Origin: Phyllosticta citribraziliensis
Taxonomy: Eukaryota
Reading direction: 5' to 3'
Length of the DNA: 64,000 nucleotides
Assembly: GCF_038025025.1 (NCBI RefSeq)
Contig: NW_027117340.1
Location: forward strand, 248,001-312,000
Position 1 is the first letter of the stretch, and every line of letters begins with the position of its first letter. A model generated the notes under the pieces. It ran no database searches. It saw nothing but the letters and a program-made list of their open reading frames with translations, and was not told the origin of the DNA. This document shows, piece after piece, positions 12,600 to 23,712 of this stretch. The translations under genes were made by a program, and so were the position numbers.

Positions 12600-14669
12600 T
12601 CAGCGTCGCCGACCTGCACCACCGCCCTCGCCTCTCTCCGCTAGGCTGACAACCTCTTGGATACCAGCTTGCTCCTGCTCATCTTCCAGCGCACGAATCT
12701 CTTCGCGGCAGTCCCACCACTTTTCTTCGGCGCGTTCAAATGCCATCGTCTTGATTTCCTTGGGCGCCCTGGCCTCGCCTCCGTAAGTCCGCGCCAGCAT
12801 ATCCATGACGACACGCTGCCAGTCGAGACCCGTACGGGCGTAGAAGTCACTGCGCGACTCAAAGGGCCGCGGGTGCGGCAGACCGTCTTCAGCCAATGCA
12901 GAAGACGACGCGTGTTTCTCAGTCGCCGTGGCGTCATCTTCGGCGTCGTTCTTCTTGGACTCCGCGGCGACGGATGGTCCTGCCGAGACGGACGTCGCAG
13001 CCGTGCTCGCGACGTCATCATCTTCTTCGTCGCTGCTGCCGGAGCCTTCGTCGTCCTCGTTTTCCTCCTCATCCTCGCTGTCCTCGTCCTCGCTGCCTTG
13101 CCAGTCTTCGAGCTCGCGCCGGAAGATTTCTTTGACGCCGTCGAGCTTGCCCAGGTCGATTGCGAACATCTCGTCAAACGTGAATTCGCGATCGCCCTTT
13201 TCAAACGTTCCGCCGTAGATGTAGAGCACGTCGTCTTGGACGGCGAGCTGGGCGTTGAAGCGCGCGTGCGGCATTTCATAAATGACGGCCTTTTCAGGAG
13301 GGCGATCCGACTGATCCTCATCCTCCGGTGTGCCAGAGGTAGATTCTTTCAGTTTGGCAGCCACACTTTCATCGTCCTCGTCGTCGCCCAATCTGCCCTT
13401 TGTCTCCAGAGCAGCCAGGTTACGTAGTAACTCCTCTTCGTCCGCCTTGCCGCGTCCCCTTCTCCCACCGCGCTCGGCATTTGTAGGCTTCTTGTTTTGC
13501 GCTCTCGGTTTCCGCAATGCCAAAGGAAAGAAGCGGTTGCGCTCAACATTCCACGCGAACAGGGTGTTGAAAAAATCCGAGTCCATGCCTTCCTCACTCT
13601 CCTCGACGTCGTGCACGCCACCAAACTGGATTCCGCGACCTTTGTGGTACGCCATGGTAGCTCCGGCCCGTGGGGGGTTCGGTGGATTGGCAGGCCGTTT
13701 ACGACGCTCCCAATGCACCTTTGGCAGGCTGTCGGCTGGCGAGTCCGAGCCAGGCGGCACGATTCGCAGGAACCACGTGTCTTGGTGGACCATGGGCTTC
13801 AACACGTTCCGCGCTGCTGGACCGCCTTTGCCGCCTTGCTTGCCTCCTGCGGTAGTCTTGATGCGGGAGTAACCGCTGAAAATTACAGCGCCCGTGTCGT
13901 GGGGAAGAAAGGTGAAGCTCGACCTAGCGTCTGGTTTCTGGGCCGTCAGGGGCAGCTTCGGCTCATGCCATTTGAAATTGGCCGTGTCATAGATCCACAC
14001 GTCGTTGAGGTACTTGGTCTGTTGGCTCGTGTCCTGGAAGCCTCCAAAGAGGATGATGTACTGCTTGAAGTACGTCATGCGGTGACCGCTGCGTGCTGGC
14101 GGGCCTTTGCCTTTGGTCTCAATACGAGCCCACTCGCGGCTGCCGGGATCAAGCCGCCAGAAATCGTTGTAGTGGTAAAATGTCCCCTGTTTGGGACTGC
14201 TGAATTCTCCGCCGAAGAGGTAGACGCCGCGGTCGTTGCCGCCGCGTGTCCATGCATGTCCGGAGCGCGGAAGGGGAGAGTTGGGCGAGGTCACTTTCCG
14301 CCACTCATCGCGGTTGATGTTGTAGACAAACAGGTCGTTGAAAAATTTGGCCAGCGCTCCGTTGTAATACTCTCCACCAAACAGAAATAGTTCATTGTCG
14401 TTTGAGGGTGAAGCCAACAGCGTTGCAGAGGCTCGAGGTGAGGGAGGATCGCTGACGACTTCGGTAATCTTGAGGAATTGCTCCTGCTGCTTGGCGTACT
14501 CTGCCAACACGGCATCAATGTCAACATCGTCGGCGTCGCTGTCGTTTCCGTCCTTGGGCCGTTTTTGTTGCTTCTTTTCCTTTTGCTTCGCTTTCTTCTC
14601 GGTCTTTTGCGCCACACGCTCTTTCTTGGCCGCGGCCTTGGTCTTTTTATCCTTCTTGTCTTTTGCCAT
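12600..14669 (-). CDS. KEL3: Kelch-repeat protein Kel3/KLHDC4 with acidic C-terminal region
   Basis: Lys-rich N-terminus, kelch repeats (LFLFGGE, YLFGGEFSSP, IILFGGF), an acidic tract, and a C-terminal PHPRPFES..FYART domain. Confidence 0.9.
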   Translation of the reverse strand: MAKDKKDKKTKAAAKKERVAQKTEKKAKQKEKKQQKRPKDGNDSDADDVDIDAVLAEYAKQQEQFLKITEVVSDPPSPRASATLLASPSNDNELFLFGGEYYNGALAKFFNDLFVYNINRDEWRKVTSPNSPLPRSGHAWTRGGNDRGVYLFGGEFSSPKQGTFYHYNDFWRLDPGSREWARIETKGKGPPARSGHRMTYFKQYIILFGGFQDTSQQTKYLNDVWIYDTANFKWHEPKLPLTAQKPDARSSFTFLPHDTGAVIFSGYSRIKTTAGGKQGGKGGPAARNVLKPMVHQDTWFLRIVPPGSDSPADSLPKVHWERRKRPANPPNPPRAGATMAYHKGRGIQFGGVHDVEESEEGMDSDFFNTLFAWNVERNRFFPLALRKPRAQNKKPTNAERGGRRGRGKADEEELLRNLAALETKGRLGDDEDDESVAAKLKESTSGTPEDEDQSDRPPEKAVIYEMPHARFNAQLAVQDDVLYIYGGTFEKGDREFTFDEMFAIDLGKLDGVKEIFRRELEDWQGSEDEDSEDEEENEDDEGSGSSDEEDDDVASTAATSVSAGPSVAAESKKNDAEDDATATEKHASSSALAEDGLPHPRPFESRSDFYARTGLDWQRVVMDMLARTYGGEARAPKEIKTMAFERAEEKWWDCREEIRALEDEQEQAGIQEVVSLAERGEGGGAGRRR

Positions 14670-15090
14670 TTTCAAGGCAAATAGATGGCTTGAAACTCAA
14701 ATTCGCGCTCCGGTTATGTAAGCTTCTTCAACAGCCCAACGTTGGTACACTATTTGGACGGTAGCCTGGAAATAAAGGAGAGTATTCCAGGTGCATTGAA
14801 GCAAAAATATGAAAAAGTTCCACTCCGGGACCAAATGCAAGTTGGTTGGCAAGTTGTTGGAAAAGAAGAAGTCAGGTGACAGGATCACCAAAAAATCAGA
14901 GCTGGCGATCTGCTCGGCTAAAGTCTTGGCGCTGCGGGAACGCTTGGGCCAGGAACCAGGGACCCCACTCCACCCCCTCGCACCCTGAGACTGCGACCAT
15001 CCACCCACTGAGCTTCCGTCTCCCAGCCTCCGTCCTCCTCTTCCTCCTCTCCTCCACAACCAATTGAGCTACTTTTCGACTCGTGACAGA

Positions 15091-16526
15091 ATGGTTTCCG
15101 CCGCAAAAATAATCGAGCAGCGCTCGCATATAGTCCCAGGTAAACACGCTCAATGCCATGTCCCCCCGCGCACTTCCCCGCTTAATCCGCTCCAGGCAAG
15201 CTCAAGATCACCGAGCACTTTTTCGAAGTGCCCACGCATTGGAACAAGCCCGACTCGCGGCCGCTACGGCTATTTGCGCGGTCAGCCCGCAAAGCCGAAA
15301 AGCCGGCGGACCCATCATCTGGTGAAGAGGAGGCCAAGAAGCAGCTGCCGTGGATGGTGTTCCTGCAGGGCGGGCCGGGCTTTGGATGCCGGTCGCCGCA
15401 CGAAATGCCGTGGGTGCATCAGGTGCTCGACCGCGGGTACCAACTCATCTGCCTCGACCAGCGCGGCACGGGGCTCAGCAGCCCCGTGTCGGCCAGCACG
15501 TTGGGCCTGAGAGGCAATGACGAGACGCAGGCCAACTATCTCAAGAGCTTTAGGGCGGATTCGATTGTCAAGGACTGCGAGGCCGTTCGGTTGGCGCTGA
15601 CGGAAGAGTACCCCGAGGAAAAGAAGCAGTGGAGCGTTGTGGGCCAGAGTTTTGGCGGCTTCTGCATCACAACGTACCTCAGCATGTTCCCCCAAGGCCT
15701 GCGAGAAGCCTTCTTCTTCGGCGGACTGCCGCCGCTCGTCAACAACCCAGACGAAGTCTACAAAAAGGCTTTCAAGAAGGTCGTTGAAAGAAACGAAGCT
15801 TACTACCGCAAATACCCCGAAGACGTCGCCCGCGTCAGGCAAATCGTCACTTTACTGCAAAGATTCGGCGACAGCACCGTGCGGCTTTCGGGCGAGGGCT
15901 CGCTATCCGCACGCCGCTTCCTGCAGCTGGGCATCAACTTCGGCTTCCACGGGGGCATCGACACGGTGCACGAGCTAGTCCTGCGGGCCTCCAACGACCT
16001 GGACGTCTTTGGCCACCTGACTCGGCCGACGCGCTCTGCCATCGAAGCCGCCTTCCCCTTCGACGACCACATCATCTACGCCATCCTCCACGAACCCATC
16101 TACTGCCAGGGGCAGCCGGCCAACTGGTCGGCGCACCGCATCCGCGAGACGCTCCCCGCATTCCACCTCGACCCGTCATCGACGGCGTCACCGCTCTACT
16201 TCACGGGCGAAATGGTGTTCCCGTGGATGCTGGACGACTACACGGAGCTGCGCGGGCTCAAGCAGCAGGCGGAGCTGCTGGCGGCGGCCGACGACTGGCC
16301 CGCGCTGTACGACGAGGAGCAGCTGGCGCGCAACGAGGTGCCAACGTACGCCGCCGTGTACATGGAGGACATGTACGTCGACTTTGACTACAGCCTGCAG
16401 ACGGCCGCCAAGATCAAGGGCTGCAAGACGTACATCACGAACGTCATGTATCATGATGCTGTTAGGAGCCGCATGGATGAGGTGTGGCGCAATGTTTGGG
16501 CGTTGAGAGACGACGTTATTGATTAG
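15091..16526 (+). CDS. Proline iminopeptidase (alpha/beta hydrolase, S33); intron 15140-15195
   Basis: Motifs LQGGPG, DQRGTG, FRADSIVKDCE, nucleophile GQSFGG, DMYV and catalytic His in MYHDA. Exon 1 MVSAAKIIEQRSHIVPG joins in frame. Confidence 0.92.
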
Positions 16527-17430
16527 AGCTGGTCTCGCGTCATGTCGTGTGAATAGATGCGTTGGCGGTAGAAGGAGTGTGTGAAAAATCAAACCATCCC
16601 GAGCAATGCAAGCACAGCCTGACTTGTTCTACCATGTAGTACTGTACATATCCAAATCTCTCCAGTCCTGCATAAGTATCTCAAACCACATCTATACAGC
16701 GCTTCAATCAGCATCGAGGAACAGACAATATTCAGCAGCAGGGGCATACGCCAAACAGTAACAGATCAAAAAGTTTGATAGGGTATATCCTTCCTCCCTT
16801 TCCCTTCCCTTCCTCTCCCTTCACTTCCATTCCTCCCTCTTCTCTGCACTTCTCCCTCCCCTTCTCGCTCCCCTTCTCGCTCCCCTCCAATCCCCCATCC
16901 CATCAATCCTACTTCACTAGTTCCAACGGCACTCACGCTCAAGCGCCCATATCTACCTACCTACGGTCTATCTAACAGCTCGCCTCACCCATGCCACTTT
17001 CGCCAACTGCTGCCCCTCAGCCCTATCCCGCTGCCTAGCCAAACCAAACCAAACCAAACCCTGACATTGCCCAACATTGCCCGACAGCTGCTGCAGCCAC
17101 CGCAACCGCCGCAACCGACCTGCGCCGCTGCTCTATTCCGCAGTCACGATATACCTACAACCCTATGTACCCCCGCGCCCCCGTGCGAAGATGTGTGCAT
17201 GAGGAAAGAAAAGGCACACGAGCAGAGCTGGCTGACCGAGTACATGACCACAGGCCGCTCGCCCGCTCGCCTCCCAACCGGCCAGCAAATAAAGCATCGA
17301 AGAAGCAAGCAAGCAAACAAGGTATGCGCAGAGTTAAAAAAGTACAGGGAGACAAAAAAGGAGGATGACGAGGATGACGTGGCAAGAGGACATGGGTAGC
17401 CGGTAAACCAGCGCAGGAAAAGGTAGCGAA

Positions 17431-17697
17431 AGCAGCAGCAGCAGCAGCAGCAGCAGGCAAGTAACCAAGGCAAAAGGCAAAGCAGCAGCAGCAACAAAAA
17501 GCACAAAAGAACAAGTCGGCCGTGACGCATTGGGAGTGGTTTCAACAAGACAGGCAGACAGCCAACAGTGGCAAGACAACAACGAGGCCACGGCCGCCCA
17601 AAACAGAGACAGTTGTAATGCCGATGCGGCACGCAGGGGACGAGATGATTGCTGTGATTTTATGCCACGCCGTGAACCAGCCGGACGGGGCAGATAT

Positions 17698-17733
<36 letters not shown>
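17431..17733. repeat. Microsatellites (AGC)n and (GATG)n downstream of BCK1
   Basis: (AGC)~8 at 17431-17456 and (GATG)n at ~17698-17733, read directly from the sequence. Confidence 0.9.
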
Positions 17734-17916
17734 AGGAATGGATGCCAGGCCCAGCTGCAACTCCCAACTCGCTTGTCGCCACCGTACTCCAAAGAAAGAT
17801 CATGATGCTCGGGCTCCAGACTCCATCTCCCTGGCAGAGCAGCGACAGGATGAGAATGACGAGTAGAAGACTGATGTAGTTGGACAGGAATAGGCGACAT
17901 GTAGCCAAGTGCGAGA

Positions 17917-20900
17917 CTAGTACTGCGTGTCGTACTGGCCCTTGATCTTGGCATACAACTCCGTATCCAAAAAGTTGTAATGCGGGTCGCTGAAGCAAAA
18001 GGGCGCGCGAAGCAACGTATCGGCAGTCGGGCGGTCCGCAGGGTCGATGGTGAAGCAGTCGCACATGAAGCTAATGGCTGCCGGGCTGATGTTTTGGCTG
18101 ACGTCGTCGGGAATGGGCGGCGCCTGGTTGAGCGAGCCCAGCTTGTAGATGGCGCCAATGGCTTCTTCCTTACTCCAGGGCCGACGGCCTGCAAACATTT
18201 CCAGCACCACGCAGCCCAGCGACCATATGTCGACCTTGGCGCTGTAGCCCTGGCCTTGCGAGCGAATCACTTCGGGCGCCATCCAGAAGACCGAGCCCTG
18301 CATGCTGTTGCTCGAGTCGTTGCCGTAAATGTTGTCCGTCTTCTTGGATATGCCAAAGTCGGAGATTTTGCACGTGCCGTCCAAGTCGAGCAGGATGTTG
18401 TCTGCCTTGAGATCGCGATGGAGGATGCCTTCGCGGTGCAGATAGGCGAGTCCTGAGAGGGTTTGACGTGTCAAAGACGAGACGACCGGTTCCTCGAATT
18501 TGCCGTGCTTGCGAAGGCACGAGCCGATGCTGCCACCGGGAATATACTCGAGGAAGATGGAAATGGAAAATTCTTTGCGCTCGCATCCGAGATACTGGAC
18601 GATGTTGGGGTGGTCCAAGTGCTGCATCGTGTCGATTTCAATGTCCAGGGCTTTCACTAGCTCTTTGATCTTGTCCTTCTCTTGACCTGCAATGTGAGGC
18701 TTGACTTCGACTTGCTTGACCGCTATCAGTTCACCAGTCGTCATGTTCATACCGAGGTAGACGCGTCCAAACGTTCCCTTTCCGATGAGTTGACCCTTCA
18801 TCCATTTGAACGTGGGCTGGCGCTGTGGGTGCTGTGCCGGAAGGGTGTCTTGAGGGATTGTGTCGAGAATCATGTGGCTGCCGCGATGGGGCTTGACTTG
18901 CTCAATCCTGGCACCAAACATCTTTGTGCTCTTCCTCCTCACAATATTGCCACCCTGTGCTGACTTGAGCGTGTTCATCCGCGGAGGCAATGACTTCTTC
19001 TCCATCGGTTGATACTGCGATTTGACGGTTTCACGGATGGACCGCGTGCGGCCAAGACCGCCCGACTTTCTCATGTTACGCGCAGCCACGGACTGAGCAA
19101 CAGACAACACAGTGTTGTCCCGCTTGAGCGATGTTTGGTCGTTTCGCGGAGCAAATTCGTCGTTTGGCGGCGGTGCAGAATGGTTGATTCCATCGCCTTG
19201 TCCTCCCACCATTCCATTCTTCTCTTCTGATGTCGGCGACGGGATGGCGTCCTCATCCATAATAGGCTGGTCGAGGTTCACGTTGGGGAAGAATTCGTCG
19301 AGGTGTTCCACGAGAGCCTCTGGGGGAGGACGATTCGCCCAAACATCACTTGCAAAAGACTCTCGCCTGACTGGGACACCCGGGATGCCGTCATCTGGTG
19401 AGTCCATCGACCATGAACCCGACGCCGCAGAAGCAGGGATGAATTGTCGAGGAAGGTCTGGATTGCGCTCTGGCGAGCTAAAGCGCACGCCTTGAGCCTT
19501 TTGCGCCCGTGATGGGGTTTCCTTGTCCACGGGCCTCGGAGTCCTTGTTGGTTCGGGGGTCTCGAGGTCCTCCACAGGTTTGCTCCGAGGAGGCGTCTTG
19601 CTCGCGAGCGGCATTGCGAAAAGCCCATCATCAGAGTCGTCATCAGTTTCTCCCGCGGATTCAAGTGAAAGCGGGCGAGCAAAAACGACGGGGTTCTCCT
19701 TAAAGTCCAGGTTGGGTCCGGTAGAGCGCGTGGACATTCCGCGGGTGAGGTCGGTGCCGGATTGGTGGCTAGGATGGGCCGAGTTGGGGCTGACGTCGTC
19801 TGGATGGAATCCCGAGTCATTCTGCTGTATCTTTTCAAAATACCGGTTCGAGGGTGCTCCGTAGTACGGGTCCGATGTGGCCGGGCGTTGTTCGAGGGCT
19901 TGAAAATAGTCAGGAATCAGGAACGGAACCTTGCCTTTGCTCATGGTGTATTCACCAGGAGTTCGGGGGGACCCACCTGGGCTGCCATGGTGCATAGCAG
20001 ACTCCGCAAAGTCCACGGAAGCCATGGTTTTGAGCGGCCTGGTTCCTCCGGGCGTCAGGACTGGAGGGGCGGGAGGCGTTCGGTTTGGTGCCCGCGTTGG
20101 AGCACCAACCAGACCACCGAGTTTGCCAGCGCCTAGAAGAGCATAACCAATACCTGACAATGCACCCGAAGGAGTGTCTGGGATGGCGGATCGGGGCTTT
20201 GGTTTGTCGCTTTCGGGCGTCTTCTTCCCAGAATTCGGCTCCTCGGTATCAAACGAGTCCCGCGTCTTACCCTCACGCTTGCTGAGCGAATTGGCTTTCA
20301 GTAATGTTTCGGTCTCAACCTTGGGGGCAGGAGGGGGCTCGCGTAGGGGCACCAGAGGCAGCTGCTTGTGTTTGCTGTCAAAAGGTTTCTTGCCATCTTC
20401 ATAGGGCGAATCTCGTCGTTGGTCAAAGTCAATGATGCCGTCACGCTTATATCCAACAGCTGTGGGGTCAATCGGGGAGTGGCCCGGGGGCCTGTTGGGA
20501 TGTCTCCTGTTGAGATATTCTTCTTGTTTGCGTTTCATCTCCAGCCGATGCTTTTCGTGAGCTGCCTCGAGCATTTCCCTGCTCTGCTCTGGTGAGATTT
20601 CAGGACCGACAGCATCCCATCGAGGTTCCATTGGACGTTCGCGGTGGGCCGGGGGTTCAACGGGCGTGTCTTCCTTCTTTCCGACGTGGGCCATGGGTTG
20701 GCCTTGGCTAGGGACGAGGGTGGATTCACCAGACTTTGGCCCAGGAGAATCCAGTGCGTTCCCAGCTGCTTTGAGCCTCTCCATGGTAGCGGGATCGATG
20801 GCTTTGCCGGTGAATGACATGCGGTATGGCGAGTTGCTGTGCTGTACTCCTAGTCCCACGTGAGCGGAAGCGGGCGGCGGTTCCTGGACGTTGACGAAAA

Positions 20901-22929
20901 TCTTCACTGTTCCCGATACATCAGTCAGCCGGCGCGCCTGCATGAGCAAGCTGTCAGTCAGCGCCTCGTCATGTTCAGTTTGGCCTGGAGAGGTGAGGTG
21001 GAGCGAAATGTCGGACGTGGGGAGCTGAAGGTTCCAGCATATCAAGTCCCGCAACTTCTGGGCCGTGTCAATTCCAGTAACGTCTACCAGACGGTAGTTC
21101 CAGCCGTCGGGCGTGACAAAGAAGAACCTCCTGGGCTCCGAATCTCGAGTGACAGCACGTGGGCGCATGGGTGGTGGGGCTGCTTCAATATCAGCTTGGG
21201 CGGATCGTCTTGACGGTGGTCGGTCGTTGAGCGAGGTGTCACTCGAATTCATACTGGACTTCATAAAGGGTGCAGTTGGCGGTAGGTGGCGGACGCCGGC
21301 AGGGCTCGTAGGAGACTCGATGGAGGATTCGTCGGGGGAAATGTGGTCGTCACCCCTCCGTTTGCTGCGAAACTGCTTTCCAATTCTGTCAAGAAACTTC
21401 TTGTGGTCTTTGACGGACTTTTCGGGGTCCTGACTGTAGGCGCGACTGTCCGGCCGGGCCCCCTCCAGCCCGTGGCGGCGGTCTGATGATTTGCCTGAGG
21501 GCGGACCTGACGGTGGATTTGAGCCATAGGAGGCAATGTTGGAGAGATTCGACTCGGAAGAATTGGCGCGGTTGTGCAGATAATAACGGGACGACGCGGA
21601 TGAGGACAGGACAGGCCTTGCGGCGCCCAGGGCAGGGCTGTGCTGAGGACTTTCTGAGCGCTGGGCGCCGTAGTCCGCAGAGGGGTTTGGAGAGTGTCTC
21701 TTGTTGGAGGACCCGTCCCCACCGCCGACCTGTCGCAAGACCTGTTCGGTGAAGGGGCTGCGGTTAGAGGCCCCGGACACGTGATCGGGGTGACTTAGGG
21801 GTGGTGCAGTGAAATTGCGCTGGGCGGCCTGGGCCGAGAAACGTCGCGGGTTGCTCGTCGCAGGCGAGTTGAGCTGAAGCTGTCCGTGCTTGCCAGGGCT
21901 GTCACTATCCCCACCGGCCGTCGTGGGCGTCGATCCGACGGCACCGTACAGATCCTGGTGGCCTAGATTCGGCGAATTCTCCATGGTCCCGTCGGTGCCG
22001 GCGCTCGAGCTGTTGCCAAACGTTCGCGACGTCCGTCGGTGCGGCAGCTTTGCGCTCGTCGGATTTCCGCCATTTTCCACGATGCTGCGCACGAGCCGTC
22101 GCAGTCGTTTGCCCTCATCTCGCTCACGCGTCAAGTCCCAGCCCGTTCCGCTCTCCTCGCACACCTCTCTCAATTGCGGGTATATCTTTGAATGCAGCAT
22201 GGCGACGTTGCCACCGGGCCCGTGTCCCCTCCCGAGATCCAGAAACTGAGCACCGTAAAGATTGAGCTGCTTGAACGTCTCTTGCCAGTCGCCCGAGAAT
22301 CCGTTTCCGGCCAGCCAAATGAGCACCCTGTCCAGCGGCCACTGCAATGCCGGATCCGAAGGAGATAGCGGGGCTTCCGTGGGAATTTCGTGTGGGGTGT
22401 GGTCGTGGTGTCGCAGGTTCTGATACGTCGGGTGGCTGGGTTCTTCGGGGGGCGTGGGCATGGAAGTAGTTCCTCTGGAGCTGGTCTCGTTGGACGAAAT
22501 GTCTTGGGGATACGGGTAGTAATAACTCTGCTCACTAGGAGTGTGCAGGGGCGGAATGCCAACGCCCGGGCCAAATGATCCGCCAGAGGGGGTGTAGGTT
22601 GCCGAAGTCAGGGGCCCATTTTCTCCCGGCACCGACATCATATTCAGCTGTTGCTGTTGCTGGTGGTAGGCTTGGTAGGCATTTGGATTGTAGGTGGGCA
22701 GCGGGCCGTTTGTTTGCGACGAAGGGTAGTTGCGATTCCAATACGTCGTCGGTGGTGCGCCAGGCGGCGGGCCCGGCAGAGGCACGCCCATGTGGGATTG
22801 GGAAGTGGGCTGGCGAGGCGGAGGAGGAGGGAATGGCATGCCATGAGCCGAAGCGCCGGTGGGCTGGGGCGGCGGAGGCGGAAGATTGTACGGTTGCCTC
22901 GAGGGATTGTGCATTTTTGCGCGGGACAA
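17917..22929 (-). CDS. BCK1: MAP kinase kinase kinase of the cell-wall-integrity pathway
   Basis: C-terminal kinase with GQLIGKGTFG, AVKQV, HRDLKADN, DFG and MQGSVFWMAPE. Bck1-type LVEHLDEFFP and RRKSTKMFG motifs. N-terminal SAM-like WPLDRVLIWL. Single 1670-aa ORF. Confidence 0.95.
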   Translation of the reverse strand: MSRAKMHNPSRQPYNLPPPPPQPTGASAHGMPFPPPPPRQPTSQSHMGVPLPGPPPGAPPTTYWNRNYPSSQTNGPLPTYNPNAYQAYHQQQQQLNMMSVPGENGPLTSATYTPSGGSFGPGVGIPPLHTPSEQSYYYPYPQDISSNETSSRGTTSMPTPPEEPSHPTYQNLRHHDHTPHEIPTEAPLSPSDPALQWPLDRVLIWLAGNGFSGDWQETFKQLNLYGAQFLDLGRGHGPGGNVAMLHSKIYPQLREVCEESGTGWDLTRERDEGKRLRRLVRSIVENGGNPTSAKLPHRRTSRTFGNSSSAGTDGTMENSPNLGHQDLYGAVGSTPTTAGGDSDSPGKHGQLQLNSPATSNPRRFSAQAAQRNFTAPPLSHPDHVSGASNRSPFTEQVLRQVGGGDGSSNKRHSPNPSADYGAQRSESPQHSPALGAARPVLSSSASSRYYLHNRANSSESNLSNIASYGSNPPSGPPSGKSSDRRHGLEGARPDSRAYSQDPEKSVKDHKKFLDRIGKQFRSKRRGDDHISPDESSIESPTSPAGVRHLPPTAPFMKSSMNSSDTSLNDRPPSRRSAQADIEAAPPPMRPRAVTRDSEPRRFFFVTPDGWNYRLVDVTGIDTAQKLRDLICWNLQLPTSDISLHLTSPGQTEHDEALTDSLLMQARRLTDVSGTVKIFVNVQEPPPASAHVGLGVQHSNSPYRMSFTGKAIDPATMERLKAAGNALDSPGPKSGESTLVPSQGQPMAHVGKKEDTPVEPPAHRERPMEPRWDAVGPEISPEQSREMLEAAHEKHRLEMKRKQEEYLNRRHPNRPPGHSPIDPTAVGYKRDGIIDFDQRRDSPYEDGKKPFDSKHKQLPLVPLREPPPAPKVETETLLKANSLSKREGKTRDSFDTEEPNSGKKTPESDKPKPRSAIPDTPSGALSGIGYALLGAGKLGGLVGAPTRAPNRTPPAPPVLTPGGTRPLKTMASVDFAESAMHHGSPGGSPRTPGEYTMSKGKVPFLIPDYFQALEQRPATSDPYYGAPSNRYFEKIQQNDSGFHPDDVSPNSAHPSHQSGTDLTRGMSTRSTGPNLDFKENPVVFARPLSLESAGETDDDSDDGLFAMPLASKTPPRSKPVEDLETPEPTRTPRPVDKETPSRAQKAQGVRFSSPERNPDLPRQFIPASAASGSWSMDSPDDGIPGVPVRRESFASDVWANRPPPEALVEHLDEFFPNVNLDQPIMDEDAIPSPTSEEKNGMVGGQGDGINHSAPPPNDEFAPRNDQTSLKRDNTVLSVAQSVAARNMRKSGGLGRTRSIRETVKSQYQPMEKKSLPPRMNTLKSAQGGNIVRRKSTKMFGARIEQVKPHRGSHMILDTIPQDTLPAQHPQRQPTFKWMKGQLIGKGTFGRVYLGMNMTTGELIAVKQVEVKPHIAGQEKDKIKELVKALDIEIDTMQHLDHPNIVQYLGCERKEFSISIFLEYIPGGSIGSCLRKHGKFEEPVVSSLTRQTLSGLAYLHREGILHRDLKADNILLDLDGTCKISDFGISKKTDNIYGNDSSNSMQGSVFWMAPEVIRSQGQGYSAKVDIWSLGCVVLEMFAGRRPWSKEEAIGAIYKLGSLNQAPPIPDDVSQNISPAAISFMCDCFTIDPADRPTADTLLRAPFCFSDPHYNFLDTELYAKIKGQYDTQY

Positions 22930-23712
22930 GAATCAGACGGATTTTGAAATGTCAAAAAGGATGGCAACAGCCGGCTGTCGTGCGATGGCTGCAGTGGTCT
23001 GGTGGCGATGGCGTACTGATGAGGGAGCGCAGACGGGCAGACTTGACGGGCTCAGGCAGACGTTGGTCGACGTCGCGCAGCGTTCATGAGCCGGTCATGA
23101 GAAGGGCTCCTGGAGGGGAGCAGAGCTGTATCGGGCGTTTGAGCACGCAGCATCGAGGACTGAAGGGAGCGCAACACGTCGGCCAAAGCGCCGTGATCCC
23201 GATGGGCAAGTGACAGAGAGAACCAGGTTGATTGTCGTCTCAGCGCATAAGGCGGGACGGCGGGGAGAGAGCGGGAGCGGGCGTGGCGATGGCAGGGCCG
23301 TGAGCTGCCTGAGAAGTGAGGTGGAGAGAGTGGAGCGACGGGAGTGGGAGCGAGGAGAGAATCTGGAGGTGATGGTTTGCGAGATGTTGGGTCCACCGAG
23401 TGTGGGCGCAGTCCAGTCGGGGGTTCCGCTGCAAGCTACGGGCTGATACGAGCCGACGGGAACAACCAAGTCGAGACGTGGCAGCCCGTGACAAAGCCAA
23501 TCACCACCAAACACCTCGCAGCAGCCTTTGACGGCCGCCCTGACCGTTGTGCTCGCAGCGTGGGAGGGCTTGGTCTTCGCCCTCGAAGCCCAGCCAGCCT
23601 GGACGCCTCTTTCTTACATCACCTCGACTCGACCTTGGACCGTCAACTCCACCACTCGACAACACCACGCCCGCCCCCTCCACCCCCATGGTCTCTCCCA
23701 CCTTTTTTCGCA

